This document shows, piece after piece, positions 61,442 through 64,000 of a stretch of DNA of 64,000 bases. The stretch is from a virus: positions 64,001 to 128,000 of IMG/VR virus record IMGVR_UViG_3300045988_127492; one strand, written 5' to 3'. Positions within the stretch are counted from its first letter, which is position 1. Each line of letters starts with the position of its first letter. The notes below the pieces were generated by a model. It ran no database searches and was not told where the DNA came from. It worked only from the letters and a program-made list of their open reading frames with translations. A program made the position numbers and the translations under genes.

Positions 61442-62428
61442 TTACGCTGCTGATTTAATATCTATAATGTCACAAACAGAATAATACTGATAATGACTTA
61501 AAACGATACCAATTGCTTCCATTTCATTTACTGCAAGAACTTCACAACATATTTCTTCTTCCTTGTATCCTAGAAGATATACATGAAAGTATTTCTTAGC
61601 TGCTTTTTCATTTGAAAACATAAGGACACCAGAATCTGTATAAGCTGTTGTGTAATCTGTGCTAATAGGTGATGTCTCTTCTTCATCATCCCAGTCTTTC
61701 CACCAGTTTCCATATTTACCATAGCCATAAGCAGCTTCGATGTACTCAAAAGGCTCTTCACATGGTAAAGCAAGAATCTTTTTCGCTTCTTCAATCGTTG
61801 ATAAAAGAGCTTCTACATTGATGGTTTCTGTTATTGTGTGCTCATTAAAGTATCCAGATGAAAGATTCACTGCCGCTACTTGCAATACAGGAGCAATTAT
61901 TGAAATATCAGACACTGAACCCCATTCTGTTTTGAAATAACCAGTTGATTCAATAAACTCTTTAAAATCTGGGTTATCACAAGAGTAAAATACACAATCG
62001 TTTGTTCCTCTACGGTCAATTTCAATTATGTAATTTATATTATTGTTTACTACATAATCACTCTTTGCAAACTTCCCAGATCCTACACAACCAATCTCTT
62101 CATCTTCTGTAAATAATACAGAACAATGATAGTCCTTAATGATCTGTAAGATAGCGTAGATTCCACACCGGTCATCTCCCCCAATTCCTTGAGGGGAAGA
62201 CATAATTGCTCCGTTATATTTGATTTTCTGGACACATTCTTTATGTACTGTGTCCATATGAGCAACTAAGAGTACTGGGAAAGTTCCTTCTGCATAAAGG
62301 AAACCATCTTCTGACTTAGGCTCATAACCTGCTGCTTCCAATTTAGCTTCCAGATGTCTCTTGAGAGTCATCTGTTTCATTTTTAAGATTTCTTCAAATT
62401 CTACAATTCTGTATTTATTTTCATTCAT
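61442..62428 (-). CDS. M20/M28/M42-type metallopeptidase-like protein
   Basis: 328 aa. LLVAHMDTVH, GGDDRCG and FTEDEEIGCVGS (His/Asp/Glu-Glu metal ligand pattern). Confidence 0.5.
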   Translation of the reverse strand: MNENKYRIVEFEEILKMKQMTLKRHLEAKLEAAGYEPKSEDGFLYAEGTFPVLLVAHMDTVHKECVQKIKYNGAIMSSPQGIGGDDRCGIYAILQIIKDYHCSVLFTEDEEIGCVGSGKFAKSDYVVNNNINYIIEIDRRGTNDCVFYSCDNPDFKEFIESTGYFKTEWGSVSDISIIAPVLQVAAVNLSSGYFNEHTITETINVEALLSTIEEAKKILALPCEEPFEYIEAAYGYGKYGNWWKDWDDEEETSPISTDYTTAYTDSGVLMFSNEKAAKKYFHVYLLGYKEEEICCEVLAVNEMEAIGIVLSHYQYYSVCDIIDIKSAA

Positions 62429-63941
62429 CTCCGGTCTCCTTTTCTACACAATCTGGACAAAGTCCTTTATCATCGTCTCCGATTACATAGAGACTGCCGC
62501 ATTCTTTGCATTCTTTAACTTTTTCGTTAAAGAAATAGTCACCCTCACGTTCAACATATGTATAATTTTCCTCTAAACACTGACTACACACATTTTCATT
62601 AGTCGACTCTACATGAATAACATCTTCATCTCTTCGTAATCTTCCACAACAATCACATGTTGTGAATTCATTATCTTTACAATCATCACAGATATCCATA
62701 TCTAATTCACTATAATAATGAATATAATCGTTAGGGATTCTTTCATCACAGCAATCACAGAAAGTAGAACAATCACAACAGTACCATTGGTCGTCAATAA
62801 GATACATATCATCTTCATCATAACGACAGCCGCATCTATGACATCTTCGTGTTCCATCGGATCCGTCATAGCAATCTTCACAAAGAAGTGTTGATTCATT
62901 ATCATGCCAATCGCCGCATTTTACACAATAGATATCATGTCCTACAGTCATTTTTCTATTGTCAACTCTTCCCTTGGGAATCATTTTGACGATTCTACTT
63001 ACTGAACACTCATTCTGATAGCTATAATCTCTATAATGAGTTCCCTCAGAATGAATAACTCCGCAGCAAGCTTCTGTTCCACCTTTCTTTCTCCAAAGAT
63101 TAGGTGCTACTAAGCAGTCAGCAATAATCTTCTGAAGCTGTGCTCTGATTGGTGTATACAGTGAGTTCTGACCATCATTACACTGAGGATACAGTCTTCC
63201 CTGTATGAGGATTCCATCCTTATAATGAAACATCTGACGAATGATCTTAGGCTCAAACTCTAAGTCATTTCCGTCATATTCTTTGTCTACCTGATAATAA
63301 ACCATTGTAGTTCCATCAAGCAGATAACTCATGGTACCGGAACAATGGCATCCTGAATATCCATTAGGATTATTCTTATCAAGTGTGTGGCAAGAAGACC
63401 AGCTGTTTCCGTTGCTTGATAATAAATAATCAACTGGATTAACTGACAGAATCGTATGTCTGACCTGATCCAGTGGATTGATTGCATCAGAATACTTTGC
63501 GTATTCTTTTTCATAACCACTTCTTTTGTCTATTCCTAAGAGCTTACAAATCTTATTTACTGCTCTTGAAGTTTTCTGTCCTGCTGCGATTCCTTTGATT
63601 TCTGGATAGGACTTTTTAATTCTTTCTGCCATATCCTCAGTTAAAAGCTGTTCTTTATAATATTTCAAACAATCAAGGGCATCTGTATAACCGCTCACAT
63701 CTATCACTCTATCAAGAAACCGATAAATTTTATTTTCATCAACTTTTCCTTTGACATTCTGATCAAATGCTACATAACATTTCTCTTCATTCCAATTCGG
63801 ATGATGTCTTAACAACTCAATCAGAGGAGCTTTGCCCTCTGCCCAGATGTCAATAATTTTATTAATTGCACTGGTACCCCAAGGGATATCATACATATTA
63901 AGAACTTTAATCATACCCTGTTTCATTGTTTCCTTATTCAT
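62421..63941 (-). CDS. large hypothetical protein with multi-zinc-ribbon C-terminus
   Basis: 506 aa. At least 8 CxxC pairs in the last ~170 aa. Confidence 0.55.
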   Translation of the reverse strand: MNKETMKQGMIKVLNMYDIPWGTSAINKIIDIWAEGKAPLIELLRHHPNWNEEKCYVAFDQNVKGKVDENKIYRFLDRVIDVSGYTDALDCLKYYKEQLLTEDMAERIKKSYPEIKGIAAGQKTSRAVNKICKLLGIDKRSGYEKEYAKYSDAINPLDQVRHTILSVNPVDYLLSSNGNSWSSCHTLDKNNPNGYSGCHCSGTMSYLLDGTTMVYYQVDKEYDGNDLEFEPKIIRQMFHYKDGILIQGRLYPQCNDGQNSLYTPIRAQLQKIIADCLVAPNLWRKKGGTEACCGVIHSEGTHYRDYSYQNECSVSRIVKMIPKGRVDNRKMTVGHDIYCVKCGDWHDNESTLLCEDCYDGSDGTRRCHRCGCRYDEDDMYLIDDQWYCCDCSTFCDCCDERIPNDYIHYYSELDMDICDDCKDNEFTTCDCCGRLRRDEDVIHVESTNENVCSQCLEENYTYVEREGDYFFNEKVKECKECGSLYVIGDDDKGLCPDCVEKETGDE

Positions 63942-64000
63942 GCTGCAAAACCTCCTAATATTGTTTCGTATAACTCTTCCGGAACCTGTTCTTTTCCTAA
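63938..64000 (-). CDS. 3' end of an ORF entering from the right edge
   Basis: Reads ...LGKEQVPEELYETILGGFAA-TGA, with an ATGA overlap onto the next gene. Confidence 0.4.
   Translation of the reverse strand, partial: LGKEQVPEELYETILGGFAA

Overview
AT-rich 64-kb stretch in which nearly every gene is on the minus strand, packed head to tail with ATGA/TAATG stop-start overlaps. It reads as the early/accessory arm of a large Firmicutes-type bacteriophage, or possibly a phage-plasmid. No capsid, tail or terminase genes are in the window. Modules in coordinate order: (1) a replication module: DnaE-type polymerase split by a group I intron with a LAGLIDADG endonuclease, Cas4-like nuclease, primase, DnaB-type helicase, Sak4-like ATPase; (2) RNA-repair genes: Rnl-type RNA ligase, metallophosphatase, HD proteins, and further on an RlaP-like nucleotidyltransferase and a P-loop kinase-HD fusion; (3) a membrane/Ca2+ stress cluster: SPFH, PspA/IM30, TerD, vWA and an 875-aa P-type Ca2+-ATPase, with a NADAR gene lying between SPFH and PspA; (4) an NAD/ADP-ribose island: NadE, macrodomain, a NAMPT-like plus short Prs-like pair resembling the NARP1 NAD+ reconstitution pathway, and nicotinamidase; (5) a tRNA island: Leu-UAG, two CAU tRNAs (one with an aberrant anticodon loop), Gln-UUG, with long ORF-free spacers and heptamer repeat arrays; (6) NAD-dependent DNA ligase; (7) a module of tyrosine recombinase, DGQHR/ParB-like protein and degenerate recombinase; (8) HicA and a Lar-like protein; (9) a long accessory region of uncharacterised paralog families. 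These comprise a 5-member family with the invariant N-terminus MKIRxGFVTNSSSSSF, about 11 tandem small YKVGD-type genes and a MIDLR-type family sharing a C-terminal GL..LI..R tail, clustered around a radical-SAM/SPASM-like enzyme, a J-domain protein and an antirepressor. Other observations: one plus-strand sigma70-type promoter driving a small hydrophobic ORF inside a G+C-richer gap; a conserved 21-nt intergenic motif; two tandem consensus promoters; two in-frame stop codons; two A-run frame breaks; and a G+C-rich terminator-flanked moron. All functional calls come from motif recognition by eye. No database search was possible.
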